A stretch of 64,000 bases of DNA. It comes from an uncultured Acidimicrobiales bacterium. GTDB taxonomy: Bacteria; Actinomycetota; Acidimicrobiia; Acidimicrobiales; SZUA-35. The translations under genes and the position numbers were made by a program. The stretch covers positions 117,888-181,887 of the forward strand of contig CAVVWM010000011.1 in assembly GCA_963751955.1 (NCBI GenBank), in the 5' to 3' direction. Shown in pieces: positions 29,041 to 39,900 of the stretch. Positions within the stretch are counted from its first letter, which is position 1, and each line of letters starts with the position of its first letter. The notes under the pieces are model-generated. The model searched no databases and was not told where the DNA came from. It was given only the letters and a program-made list of their open reading frames with translations.

Positions 29041-29639
29041 GGTTCGGTTACGGTTTCTCGCAACGCATCCGAAGTTGTGCCACCATCATCGACCCCGGCA
29101 GCATTATCGGCAAAGAATGACATCGCAATCGCAAGGCCCACAGAACACACGATCGCGATGTCGGCGACGTTGAAAACCGGCCACCATTGGAAGTCGATGA
29201 AATCAATGACCTTGCCACTGAGAAAGCCGTCGTCAGCGTGGAAGAGGCGGTCCAAGCCATTGCCGAGTGCACCCCCGGCGATCGCAGCGAAAATCCGGCG
29301 CTGAATGGCCTGCTGGGTTCTCGCTGCCAACCAGATCATCACAACGGCCATGATGAACGAGATGGCGCCAATCAGTGGCCCGAGCCCTCTTCCGGTCGAG
29401 AACGAAGCGCCTGGATTGAAGACCAGATTGAGCCGTAGAGTCCAGAACAGATCGATGCACGCTCCCTCGACCGAGCAGTTTCCTCTTTCGAGGCCACTCA
29501 GAACCAACCATTTCGTTGACTGATCAAGGCCCACGATGGCGGCGATGATCAGTAGCGCCTCGGCCAACCTATGCCAAGAGTTTGTTGCGGGGACTACCGA
29601 CGACTGTTGTCGAACATCGAGGTTTTGTGATCTACGCAC
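29037..29639 (-). CDS. lspA: Lipoprotein signal peptidase II
   Basis: DQ.TK, NPGASFS, GGALGN.LDR, VIDFI and WPVFNVAD motifs. Start is uncertain. Confidence 0.95.
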   Translation of the reverse strand: MRRSQNLDVRQQSSVVPATNSWHRLAEALLIIAAIVGLDQSTKWLVLSGLERGNCSVEGACIDLFWTLRLNLVFNPGASFSTGRGLGPLIGAISFIMAVVMIWLAARTQQAIQRRIFAAIAGGALGNGLDRLFHADDGFLSGKVIDFIDFQWWPVFNVADIAIVCSVGLAIAMSFFADNAAGVDDGGTTSDALRETVTEP

Positions 29640-30481
29640 CGTTCACTCTCCGGACGGGCTTCGAGCCGAGCCTTCGGAATAGCAACGTTATCGACATAGC
29701 AGAAGCCGTAGGTATCACCGTCTATTCGAGCGACCGCCTCGTCGATCATTTCTATGTGCTCTAGACGACCCTTGCGCTCGGCAACCAGTTCAGAGATCTG
29801 AACATTGATGCTCGTACCTTCGTTCGATTCGTCGCTGGAGGTGTCATCGCCCGCCTCTGCGGTCTCGAGCAAGAGATCAAGTTGGGCACGGAACTCGTCA
29901 ACTTGTTCGGCCAGCTCCTGCTTTTCGTCCTCAAGTTGGCTTCGCCGGATCGCCAACCACTTCTTGTCCTTCAGGTATGCGGGCTTCAGGCCAGCATTCT
30001 TGGGAGCCGATGTAGACTTTTCTTACGTGCTGCAGCTTTGACGACGGGGGCAGCTGCGGCCTTCTTCTTTGCCGGCGCCTTCCTCGATGGTGCGGCCGCC
30101 TTCTTGGCAGAAGTTGTCTTGATTACTCGGTCGGCCTTTGGTCCTGCCGCCTTCTTGACCGGAACCTTCTTGGCCGGAACCTTCTTGGCGACAGCCTTCT
30201 TCTTGGCCGGACCTTCTTGCGACAGCCTTCTTCTTGGCCGGAACCTTCTTGGCGACAGCCTTCTTCTTGGCCGGAACCTTCTTGGCCACAGCCTTCTTCT
30301 TGGCCGGAACCTTCTTGGCCACAGCCTTCTTCTTGGCCGGAACCTTCTTGGCCACAGCCTTCTTCTTGGCCGGAACCTTCTTGGCCACAGCCTTCTTCTT
30401 GGCCGGAACCTTCTTGGCCACAGCCTTCTTCTTGGCCGGAACCTTCTTGGTCGCCTTCTTTGCGGACTTTTTGGTCGTCAC
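29594..30481 (-). CDS. DdbA-like fusion: histone-H1-like Lys/Ala N-terminus plus DksA/TraR C-terminal domain; split by three apparent 1-bp deletions
   Basis: GTG at 30481 begins ([11 protein letters not shown])n. Restoring bases at about 30219, 30211 and 30020 gives one ORF of about 296 aa ending in [16 protein letters not shown]...[10 protein letters not shown]...CVDH. It lies between ileS and lspA, as Streptomyces SCO2075 does. Confidence 0.8.
30152..30449 (-). repeat. 33-bp coding tandem repeat ([11 protein letters not shown]): seven intact copies, one damaged copy and partial copies
   Basis: The unit ttcttcttggccggaaccttcttggc(c/g)acagcc is read directly. The copy at about 30188-30218 is 31 bp. 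Confidence 0.95.
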
Positions 30482-30632
30482 CGGTAAGCCTCGGATCGCT
30501 TTCGATAGCTTCGAACCCGGCCGATTCCACCGAGTTCTTCCTAAGAATCGGCGTAGCATAGTCGAAACTGAGGTCTAAGTTCACCCCTTTGACCCCACAA
30601 TCTGTCGCCGTGAGCCCGTTAGCCTCTCTCAG

Positions 30633-33600
30633 GTGCCTGCAAACACCACTGCTCGCTACCCAACCGTCTCTTCCAAGGCCGACATTCCCGCAATCGAAGA
30701 GCGGATTCTGAAGCGGTGGAAGGAGAACAAGACATTCGAGTCCACGGTCGCCCGGCCGGCGGGATCGGAACCAACCAGCACCTTCGTCTTCAATGACGGG
30801 CCGCCGTTTGCCAACGGTCTGCCGCACTATGGCCATCTCCTCACCGGTTATGTAAAAGACATCATCCCCAGGTTCCAGACGATGAACGGAGCACGGGTGG
30901 AGCGCCGGTTCGGTTGGGATTGCCATGGTCTGCCCGCAGAAATGCAGACCGAGAAGGAGACCGGAATCTCGGGTCGCAAGGCCATCCTCGACTTCGGAAT
31001 CGACAACTTCAATGACGCATGCCGGTCCTCGGTGCTTCGCTACACGAGCGAATGGGAAAACTACGTCACCAGGCAGGCGCGTTGGGTCGACTTTCAAAAC
31101 GACTACAAGACCATGGACCTCGACTACATGGAGTCGGTCATGTGGGCCTTCAAGCGACTGTGGAGCAAGGGTCTCCTGTACCAGGCAGATCGAGTGATGC
31201 CGTACTCATGGGGCGCTCAGACACCGCTGAGCAATTTCGAGATCCGCCTCGACGATGCCACCCGGCCTCGCCAAGATCCAGCGGTCACAGTTGCGTTCAC
31301 TCTGGAACCTCGTGACGGGGATCCTGGAGAACTCCGGATACTGGCATGGACCACGACACCCTGGACTCTGCCCAGCAACCTGGCCCTGGCTGTTGGCCCC
31401 GATCTCCCTTACGTCGTGGTCGAACATGAGGGCCAGAACCTCGTTGTAGCCCAAGGATCGTTGGATCGATATGAACGCGAACTCGGCAACGAACCCACCA
31501 TCACGGGCCGCATGTCCGGATCCGAGCTGCTCGGCCGCTCCTACGTCCCGCTGTTTCCCTACTTCGCTGACAACCCCAACAGTTTCGTCGTACTAGGCGC
31601 CGACTTCGTAGAGCTCGGCGAAGGAACCGGCGTTGTTCACCTGGCTCCCGGTTTCGGCGAAGACGACCAGACGGTCTGCGCTGAAGCTGGGATCCCGCTG
31701 GTTGTTCCAGTCGACGATGCCGGGGAATTCACTTCTGAGATCAGCGACTTTGCGGGACTGAACGTCTTCGACGCGAATCCAAAAGTGATTGCCGCGCTGA
31801 AGGAGCAGGGTCGCGTCTTTCGTCACGAGACCTATGACCACAACTACCCACACTGCTGGCGAACAGATACCCCCGTGATCTACCGGGCCGTTCCGAGCTG
31901 GTACGTGAGGGTCAGCGACCTCAACCAACGCCTTCTCGACACAAACCAGGAAATCAACTGGATTCCCGACCACATTCGAGACGGTCAGTTCGGCAAATGG
32001 CTCGAAGGAGCCCGAGACTGGAGCATTAGCCGAAACCGGTTCTGGGGTGCTCCGATCCCAGCCTGGGTATCGGACGATCCCGCGTACCCCCGAACCGATG
32101 TCTACGGATCACTCGACGAGATCGAGGCCGATTTCGGGATCCGGCCTACCGATCTACACCGCCCATACATCGACGATCTCGTGCGTCCGAACCCAGATGA
32201 CCCATCCGGCACATCGATGATGCGCCGGGTGCCCGAAGTTCTCGACTGCTGGTTCGAGTCCGGATCCATGCCCTACGCACAGCTTCACTACCCGTTCGAG
32301 AACGTCGAACGATTCGAACAATCCAATCCAGCCGACTTCATCGTGGAGTACGTGGCTCAAACCCGTGGTTGGTTCTACACCATGCACGTCCTGAGCGTTG
32401 CCCTCTTCGATCGACCGGCGTTCAAGAACGTGATCTGTCACGGCGTTGTGCTCGATGCCGAGGGGCGCAAGCTGTCCAAGAAGTTGCGCAACTACCCCGA
32501 TCCGGTCGACATCTTCAACACTGTTGGGTCAGATCCAATGCGTTGGTATCTGGTGAGTTCGCCAATTCTTCGCGGTCTCGACACACGGATCGAGTCCGAC
32601 GATTCCGGCGTCCGCGAAGTCGTCCGGCAGGTGCTCAACCCGATATGGAACGCGTACAGCTTTTTCACGTTGTACGCCAACGCATCATCGTATGTGGCTC
32701 AGGTTCGCACCGACAGTGACCACGTTCTCGATAGATACGTTCTGGCCAAGACATCCGAACTCGTCGGCGAAGTCTCCGCCGCGCTCAACGCCTATGACCT
32801 TGCGGGCGCTTGCAGCAGAGTCACCTCGTATCTCGACGCCCTCACCAATTGGTACATCCGCCGTTCGCGGGAACGTTTTGGAACACCCAAGCCGACGCCG
32901 AACTCGACACCGACGCACTCGACACCCTCTACACCGTGTTGCTCACCGTGATGAAGATCGCAGCACCGCTCCTGCCCATGCTCACAGAGGAGATCTACAC
33001 CGGGCTCACCTCCGAGGACCAATCGGTCCACCAGCAAGCGTGGCCTAAAGCTGAGGACCTTCGACCGGACCCCGAACTCGTGGCCGGCATGGATGCGGTT
33101 CGGGCAGCCGCCAGTGCGGCGCTCTCCTTGCGAGAGGATCTCGGCGATTCGCGTTCGACAACCACTACAAAGCGTCACGGTGGCCGGCGATCGGCAGACT
33201 TCTATGGCCCCATTTGCTGACCTTCTTGCCGACGAAATCAACGTGAAACAAGTTGACTTCTCCTCTGAGGTGGGCCGATTCGGCGTATTCAGAATGGTCC
33301 CCAACGCACGAGTTTTGGGTCCCCGCATCGGCAAGGAGGTACAAGCCGTCATCCAAGCAGCCAAAGCCGGCCAGTGGACAGAGAACGAAGACGGAACCGT
33401 CACCGTTGCGGGAGTGGATCTTGCCGAAGGCGAATTCGATCTTTCGCTTTCACCTGCCGAAGGAGTGGTCGCTGCTCCGCTACCGGGAAATGACGCAATC
33501 GTTGCACTCGACACGAACTTGACCTCGGAGCTCCTCGCTGAGGGCACCGCTCGCGATCTGGTTCGGGTTGTTCAGAATCATCGCAAAGAGGCCGGATTGG

Positions 33601-33800
33601 AAGTGACCGACCGTATTGCCCTGACGATCACCGGCGAACCTGAGCTGATCGCGTCCATAGGCAAGAACATTGGCTGGATCAAGGAACAGGTGCTGGCGAC
33701 CGAGTCGCTGCTCGGCAACGATCCAGGAGATCGCGCCTACCGAGCGGCGGCAGTGATCGAGGGTGGACAGATCACCATCGGCTTCGACAAATCTGGCTGA
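30633..33800 (+). CDS. ileS: Isoleucine-tRNA ligase (IleRS2 type); two compensating indels
   Basis: [44 protein letters not shown] and KLSKK motifs. A missing T at 32876-32879 and an extra G at about 33146 link ORFs 30633..32951, 32810..33220 and 33093..33800. Confidence 0.95.
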
Positions 33801-33805
33801 GTCGG

Positions 33806-35932
33806 CTATTTGTTGCGTCTGCCGAACCAGCCGCCGCCACTTTCTTTCTCACCTTCTTCGCTCAGAAACCGATTGAGAGTTTCGTCGTCAGATCCGGCTT
33901 GTTCGCCGTCTGTCATCTGACGAAGCTCATCGAGAAACGGATCATCGGGGGGAAGATCTTCGAGGCGAGCATCGGGGTGAGGCGGTCGGTCGGGATCGGG
34001 TACCGACCACTCTGAGCCACCAACGGTGTCCGACGGGAAAGCTGGTGTCGAGTCGACCGCAAGCTCCTCCACCTGGGGCGGCGATGGAAAGCCAGGTTCA
34101 GACTCCGAAACGAAGGTCGCCACGGCATCGGCGGTCGGTGCCGGCGGAAAAGCGGGCGGAGCATCGAACGACTGGGTGGGCAATGCAGGCTCCTGAACCG
34201 GTGGTGGCGGCTCTAGGAATGACGATGCCGACTCTGAGTCCGGGGCTTGATCAGTAGGGGCGAACTCTGGATCTACCTCTCGACTCGACTCAGGTACCGC
34301 TGTGTCCCGCAACCTCGAGACGCGGCTCGCCAATCGGTTTCGGGCCTGTTCGGCGAGACCCCCGAGGCCTAGCTGGGCGTCCTCGGCGGCGGGCTCCTCG
34401 GCGAATGGCGACTGGACGTCGATCCCCAAACCATCGGGATCGGACTCCGGCGCTTCGGCAGCGGTGGGTAGATCGGAATAGGCCGACGGGTCGGCCGTTT
34501 CGGGGACAGATGAGAAGACAGAGTCTGGAGTGACCGACGCTGCGATCGCGGCTCCCGATTCAGGTTCGGAGTAACCGCCCGTGGCAAACGGATTTTCGTC
34601 TGCGACTCCGAACCCAGCACCGGTCTCGGGGTCCAAGCTTCGCTCGGACTCGTTTGTGAACGGCTCCCAGTCTTGAGACCCCAAGGCGAGACCCGACTCC
34701 CCAGCAGCTGCGAAGGGGGTTTCAAGCTCGTAGGCCGATTCTGCATAGGATTCCTCGCTGACAGTCGCTGCAGCGAAGTCCTCGGCCGGACTCGTCTCCG
34801 CGTACTCTCCCGACGTCGAGGTGTCCGCGTACTCTCCCGGCGCCGAGGTGTCCGCGTACTCTCCCGGCGTCGAGGTGTCCGCGTACTCTCCCGGCGTTGA
34901 GAGGGTTGAGAACGGACCGGCATCCTGGATCTCGCCGGTGAGACCCTCGCCGTCGGCTTCTACAAAAAGAGACTCTTCGGCTGAAAATTCTTCGCTAAGT
35001 GGTTGTGGGTCTTCCACCGTCCCCACAAGCTCGGGCTCAAGAGCGGGATCGAACTCGGGCTCGGTGAAGGCAAAGTCTGAAGCTTGCCGTTGTGCCGCCT
35101 CTACCTCTGTGCTGAGCGTGCCTATGGAGTAACTGTCGATGGACAGCGTGGTGAGCTCTTCAGGGTCTAGAAGTCCGATCTCTGCTGGCTCGGGTATTTC
35201 GGCCTCGGCCAACAGTTCCGGATCATCCAAGACTGCGTTGAGTTCGGTCAGCGCGCTGCGTACATTCTCGCGGCGTCCTTCCAAGAATTGCTCGAACCGT
35301 TGCACGTCGGCACTGAGGTCATCACGGCTTCGTTCGAGCAGGGAAATCTCCGAGAGCAGTTCGTTCCGACGAATCCCCTGTTCAGAGAGGAGCTCTTCCT
35401 CGATCGCAGCTTTGCGAGTTTCGGCATGTTCGAGCGCATCAGCCAGCAATTGGGCCCGTTCGGCCTCGGCATCGGCCAGCATCTGTTCTCGTTGGGCGTG
35501 GGCTTCACCCTTGAGTTCTTTGGCCTCGGCCCGTGCTCCGGCCATGATGGAATCGGCCTGAGCGACAGAACTACCCCGTAGCTCCTCGGCGCCTTTTTCC
35601 GCTTCGCGAATGGTCTGATCGGCTGTTCGTTGGGCCAGAAGAAGTGTGTTGCGTAGCGTCTGGTCGAAATCACCGTCCGGAGCTTGGGTGTGTGCAGCGT
35701 CGTTTGCGCCCATGGCCTGTCCAGCGATAGCACTGGCGCGATGAGATGCCTCGTCCGCCCGTTCGTTCGCCTCATTGAGTTGTTGCTCCAATGTCTCGAT
35801 CTCATCGGCCAACGGCGCCAAGGTGTCAAGAACACGGTCGACCTGAGACTTGCTGTATCCACGCATCTCTTCTTCGAACTTGACAGTCGGAATCTGGCGC
35901 AGAAGACGCAATTTGTCGCTACCAACACTCAT
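33806..35932 (-). CDS. divIVA: DivIVA/Wag31 family protein with a very long acidic low-complexity C-terminal region
   Basis: N-terminal F..EMRGYSKSQVD.VLD, LLLAQRTADQ coiled coil, and position after yggT/sepF at the end of the dcw cluster. Confidence 0.88.
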   Translation of the reverse strand: MSVGSDKLRLLRQIPTVKFEEEMRGYSKSQVDRVLDTLAPLADEIETLEQQLNEANERADEASHRASAIAGQAMGANDAAHTQAPDGDFDQTLRNTLLLAQRTADQTIREAEKGAEELRGSSVAQADSIMAGARAEAKELKGEAHAQREQMLADAEAERAQLLADALEHAETRKAAIEEELLSEQGIRRNELLSEISLLERSRDDLSADVQRFEQFLEGRRENVRSALTELNAVLDDPELLAEAEIPEPAEIGLLDPEELTTLSIDSYSIGTLSTEVEAAQRQASDFAFTEPEFDPALEPELVGTVEDPQPLSEEFSAEESLFVEADGEGLTGEIQDAGPFSTLSTPGEYADTSTPGEYADTSAPGEYADTSTSGEYAETSPAEDFAAATVSEESYAESAYELETPFAAAGESGLALGSQDWEPFTNESERSLDPETGAGFGVADENPFATGGYSEPESGAAIAASVTPDSVFSSVPETADPSAYSDLPTAAEAPESDPDGLGIDVQSPFAEEPAAEDAQLGLGGLAEQARNRLASRVSRLRDTAVPESSREVDPEFAPTDQAPDSESASSFLEPPPPVQEPALPTQSFDAPPAFPPAPTADAVATFVSESEPGFPSPPQVEELAVDSTPAFPSDTVGGSEWSVPDPDRPPHPDARLEDLPPDDPFLDELRQMTDGEQAGSDDETLNRFLSEEGEKESGGGWFGRRNK
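34793..34900 (-). repeat. 27-bp coding tandem repeat, four copies (STPGEYADT), in divIVA
   Basis: Translation STPGEYADT-STPGEYADT-SAPGEYADT-STSGEYAET. Confidence 0.93.
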
Positions 35933-35982
35933 GGCCTCAGCCTAGTGGTGTCGAAGCCTTCGATCAGGTAAGAAACGCTGAT

Positions 35983-36243
35983 TCAGCGACAGAAGACTGT
36001 TTGCAGCACGATGAGCGCGAGGAAGACCACAATGAAGTCGGCTCCGATGCCCCCGGCGGCTCCCGGCATCGGCGGCACAGCTCGCCGCAGTGGCATCATC
36101 ACCGGCTCGGTAACGCTGAAGGCAAGCTCGCGCACTTGCATCATGATGCCATCGGATCTTGCCGGGAAGAATGAGAGCGCAATACGAACATAGAACGCTA
36201 GGGAAAACACAAGGATGACGGTGCACAGGAGCGAGGAGACCAT
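35983..36243 (-). CDS. yggT: YggT/YlmG family membrane protein
   Basis: VRI.LSF, TEPV..PLRR.VP and D...V motifs; lies between sepF and divIVA. Confidence 0.9.
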   Translation of the reverse strand: MVSSLLCTVILVFSLAFYVRIALSFFPARSDGIMMQVRELAFSVTEPVMMPLRRAVPPMPGAAGGIGADFIVVFLALIVLQTVFCR

Positions 36244-37034
36244 CAGCGTTCGAAACCGCGCTCTTGCATCCGCCTTCGATCCTCATCGCTTACACCGACC
36301 CCCGCAGGTGTAAGGAGGTACACGTTGGCTGCGACTCGCTCCATGCCGCCGGCGAGTACGTAGCAAACACCACTTGCGAAATCGACGAGGCGGCGGGCGA
36401 CCGGCTTGTCGACGGCGGTGAGGTTCATCACCACCGGTGCACCGGCTCGAAAGTCATCGGCTATCCGACTGGCGTCTTCGAACGAGGACGGAATGTGCAA
36501 ACGAGGTTTGGCGTGCGTGACCACGTTGAACTGGGGCTCCTCAGTAGATGGGCTAGAGCTCTGTCTCGAGGCTCCGTCGATTACGCTCACCGTGGCGGTG
36601 GCTACTGGTACCTCACTGGGCGCAGAACTGGCTGGCATCGGTGAAGTCTGCGACACCGTTACCCCCGTCTCGGCACCGTGGTTGTCGGCGGGAATGGCAG
36701 ACTCGAGCGCAACGCCCGAACCGGGCTCTCGCACCCGATGATCCACTCCAGCCGTCGGGGACAGTCCAGCTAAGGCGTCGGGAACGGCTAGACCGTCCTG
36801 TTCCACCGGGCGAAGCGGGCGCACCGCACCGACCCCACCCATCTCGTTCATCTCGCTGTCTGCACTGAATCCGAAGGAGGTCTGATGATCAGGGAGGCGA
36901 TCATCGAGCGCGATGTTCTTGTTGCGCCCCCGAAGAGATCGCTCATCTTCTTCGTCGTAGTACGTCTCATCGTCGTACATCTGGTCGTCGTCATCGAGTC
37001 CCAGAAACGCCATGACATTCCGAAACACAGCCAT
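36243..37034 (-). CDS. sepF: Cell division protein SepF
   Basis: Amphipathic MAVFRNVMAFLGL start; C-terminal P.SFEDA..IAD......PVVMNL and RRLVDFASG..Y...G motifs. Confidence 0.92.
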   Translation of the reverse strand: MAVFRNVMAFLGLDDDDQMYDDETYYDEEDERSLRGRNKNIALDDRLPDHQTSFGFSADSEMNEMGGVGAVRPLRPVEQDGLAVPDALAGLSPTAGVDHRVREPGSGVALESAIPADNHGAETGVTVSQTSPMPASSAPSEVPVATATVSVIDGASRQSSSPSTEEPQFNVVTHAKPRLHIPSSFEDASRIADDFRAGAPVVMNLTAVDKPVARRLVDFASGVCYVLAGGMERVAANVYLLTPAGVGVSDEDRRRMQERGFER

Positions 37035-37140
37035 GGACGGTCCTTTCACAACAGAGGTAGCGGATAACCGGGCCGAGGCCCGTTGCCACCGTAGCCTCTC
37101 AGATATCATTCGGCGGGGCAATCTCAGAGCGGACGACGGG

Positions 37141-37785
37141 TCAAGGGCGAGGACCGAAGATCGCCGAGCCGACGCGAACCACGGTCGATCCCTCTGCAAT
37201 CGCCAACTCGAAATCGCCACTCATTCCCATCGAACAGACCTGCAGCCCATGTTCATCAACTGCGGCACGGCACCGCGCGAAGACGGGTCGAGGATCCACA
37301 CCGATATCGGTGAAACCCATGGTCATGAGACCTTGGACGTCAAGTCCGCAGGCGACACCGGAATCCACCAGCGACCCAATCTCGGACGGAGCAACTCCCG
37401 ACTTGGTGTCTTCTCCAGTGAAGTTGACCTGGATCAACACTGATGCCCCCGGCCGTCTCTTGGCGATTTCCTCCAGGACCGCTATGCGATCGACGCTGTG
37501 CCAAAGGTCGACGATCGCCGCGATTCTCTTGATCTTGTTGCGCTGCACTGGTCCGATCATGTGCCACCTGGGTGACAGCTCCCGTTGGGCGAGGTTGGCG
37601 GCCTTGGCAGCCAACTCTTGTGCGTAGTTTTCGCCGAGATCTTGACAACCTGCCAGAACTGCTTCGGCGGCGACATCAGCGCTGAAGCGTTTCGTAACCG
37701 CCACCAGTTCGACGTGCTGATCCGGGGCACAGGCGGCGTCTATTCGCTGCTTGAGGGCGACAAGCTGCTCGGAGATCGGTTCCAT
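37141..37785 (-). CDS. yggS: PLP homeostasis protein YggS/YlmE
   Basis: LVAVTK, LGENYAQE, WHMIG.VQRNK, GLMTM, SMGMSGDFE.AI.EGST.VRVGSAIFG motifs. Confidence 0.95.
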   Translation of the reverse strand: MEPISEQLVALKQRIDAACAPDQHVELVAVTKRFSADVAAEAVLAGCQDLGENYAQELAAKAANLAQRELSPRWHMIGPVQRNKIKRIAAIVDLWHSVDRIAVLEEIAKRRPGASVLIQVNFTGEDTKSGVAPSEIGSLVDSGVACGLDVQGLMTMGFTDIGVDPRPVFARCRAAVDEHGLQVCSMGMSGDFELAIAEGSTVVRVGSAIFGPRP

Positions 37786-37790
37786 TGCAC

Positions 37791-38504
37791 TCAAGTATGG
37801 AACAACTGGGCCATCGTCAACATCCGACCAGTCTTGCGAACGCCAACACCGGTGCGATGACTGAAGTAGACCCGCCCTGCCGTGCTCGGCGGACGCTGTG
37901 GCGGAGGGAAGCCCGAGCGATCCAATGCGCAGGAAACACCGGCGAAGAGATCGAGCGCGGTGGTTCCTTTGGTTGTGTGCGATCTCACCGCGTCTCCGTA
38001 GGTCGCAGCAATCGGCTCGAGGTCCCAAGCGGAGAACTCGTAGTGTTCGGGCGCAATACAAGGGCCGCAGAACGCATAACGTCGACCCTCGGGAACAGCG
38101 CTTATGACCATTTGTGCGCCCTTCTCGATGATCCCCGCCATGAGCCCCCTCCATCCGGCGTGCACGACTGCGAGCGCTTGGGTGTGAACATCCGAGGCCG
38201 CCATCACGATCGGCGCGCAGTCCGCCGTAGTGACGGCCAGCGACACGCCGAGTTCGGTTGTGAAGGCACCGTCGGCCTCGATGCCGGCATGCTCGCCCGG
38301 GCGACTGACCGTGACGATCGTGTTTCCGTGGACTTGACGCAACCACGTCACGTCGGCAGTCGGTGCCGAGAACCGCTTCAGGTTGTGGGCGAATGTGGAC
38401 TCGGTGACCCGCAATGAACCGTCGTTCCGGTCCGAGGTGCGGATCAGGATCTCAGTGCGGTTGAGCCCTTCGACGTCGAGGCCTTCGACGATGCTACGGG
38501 CCAC
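37791..38504 (-). CDS. pgeF: YfiH/YlmD (PgeF) family purine nucleoside phosphorylase
   Basis: QVHG, ADG, TADCAP, HAGWRG, GPCI and YFSHR motifs; immediately downstream of ftsZ. Confidence 0.93.
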   Translation of the reverse strand: MARSIVEGLDVEGLNRTEILIRTSDRNDGSLRVTESTFAHNLKRFSAPTADVTWLRQVHGNTIVTVSRPGEHAGIEADGAFTTELGVSLAVTTADCAPIVMAASDVHTQALAVVHAGWRGLMAGIIEKGAQMVISAVPEGRRYAFCGPCIAPEHYEFSAWDLEPIAATYGDAVRSHTTKGTTALDLFAGVSCALDRSGFPPPQRPPSTAGRVYFSHRTGVGVRKTGRMLTMAQLFHT

Positions 38505-38516
38505 GTTGGCCCAGCC

Positions 38517-39680
38517 TTATTTCAGGAAGCTGGGAACGTCGAAGTCGTCGTCGAGGTCATCGTCGTCGTTGGCGAAGACATCGATGGCTTGACGGGTACG
38601 TCCGTGATCGGCCGCGCTCGAGGATTCGTCGAGGAAAGCGTCGTAACGGCCTCCAGCCCCAGCGTTCGAGCTCGCCCGGGATGCGCCGCCACCGGCAGTG
38701 CCGTAGTTGATGGTCCGGTCGGGGCTGGGCTCCCCGTCCCAGCGATCGAATCCAGCAGCGATCACCGTCACACGGATCTCTTCACCCATGTTCTCATCAA
38801 CCACGGTTCCGAAGATGATGTTGGCTTCAGGATGGGCAACGTCGTGGATGATCTCAGCGGCCTCGTTCACTTCGAAGAGCCCGAGCTCGCTGCTTCCGGC
38901 GATGGACAACAGGATGCCCCGTGCGCCCTCGATGGAGGCTTCCAGCAGCGGACTGGCGATCGCTGAACGGGCTGCGCTGAGGGCTCGTCCTTCGCCGGCA
39001 GCCTGCCCGATTCCCATGAGGGCAGAGCCAGCATCGGACATGATCATCCGAACATCGGCGAAGTCAGTGTTGATGAGCCCTGGCGTCGTGATCAGATCGG
39101 TGATTCCTGATACTCCGGAGAGGAGAATCTCGTCGGCCATCTTGAAGGCATCGATCATGCTGGTGCGTTCGTCGGCGATGGACAGCAGACGATCGTTGGG
39201 GATGACTATCTGAGTGTCGACCTTCTCCTTGAGTCGAGCGATACCACTTTCGGCTTGGGTGGCGCGACGCCGACCCTCGAACCCGAAAGGACGCGTGACA
39301 ACTGCGATTGTGAGCGCGCCCTGGCTCTTGGCGATCTCAGCGATGACCGGAGCTGCGCCGGTTCCGGTTCCGCCGCCTTCGCCGACGGTAATGAAAACCA
39401 TGTCACCGCCTTCCATGGCGGCAGAGATCTCTTCCCTGTGTTCTTCCGCGGCTTGCTGTCCGATCGCTGGATCAGAGCCAGCGCCAAGCCCGCGGGTCAG
39501 CTCGCGGCCGATGTGAATCTTGGTCTCCGCATCGTTCATGAGCAGAGATTGGGCGTCGGTGTTCACCGAGATGAACTCGACACCGCGCATTCCAGCGTCG
39601 ATCATCCGGTTGACGGCGTTACAACCACCGCCGCCGATACCGACGACTTTGATGACCGCCACATAATTCTGTGTGTTCAT
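38517..39680 (-). CDS. ftsZ: Cell division protein FtsZ
   Basis: [17 protein letters not shown], tubulin signature [15 protein letters not shown] and C-terminal DVPSFLK. Confidence 0.99.
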   Translation of the reverse strand: MNTQNYVAVIKVVGIGGGGCNAVNRMIDAGMRGVEFISVNTDAQSLLMNDAETKIHIGRELTRGLGAGSDPAIGQQAAEEHREEISAAMEGGDMVFITVGEGGGTGTGAAPVIAEIAKSQGALTIAVVTRPFGFEGRRRATQAESGIARLKEKVDTQIVIPNDRLLSIADERTSMIDAFKMADEILLSGVSGITDLITTPGLINTDFADVRMIMSDAGSALMGIGQAAGEGRALSAARSAIASPLLEASIEGARGILLSIAGSSELGLFEVNEAAEIIHDVAHPEANIIFGTVVDENMGEEIRVTVIAAGFDRWDGEPSPDRTINYGTAGGGASRASSNAGAGGRYDAFLDESSSAADHGRTRQAIDVFANDDDDLDDDFDVPSFLK

Positions 39681-39900
39681 TCCGATGCGAGTCCTTATCT
39701 CCGGTTATTCATGGGTTCCATTGGTGATGGACAGATCACAGGGTGTAACGCTAGTGCGTAGCGAGGTGCTTCGCAGTGCTCTCGGCAAGAGCGGGTGCAT
39801 GGACTGCCATTCCCAAGGCTTCAGCTGAGAAGTTCCTGTGAATGACGCACATCAATCGATGTGCATATCCGTGAACGATGTCTTGCTTGAACACATATTC

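Noticed and set aside
30482-30632. T-box riboswitch upstream of ileS, common in Actinobacteria
   Set aside because: No GGTGGNACCGCG T-box bulge sequence was found, and the gap is only about 150 bp and shared with a divergent gene.
29882-31097. Repetitive ORFs ([32 protein letters not shown])
   Set aside because: Alternative frames and strands of the 33-bp [11 protein letters not shown] repeat.
30633-33800. ileS, ftsQ, ftsW and the ABC ATPase as pseudogenes or programmed frameshifts
   Set aside because: All motifs are intact, breaks are single bases mostly in homopolymers, and several genes are essential, so sequencing error is more parsimonious.
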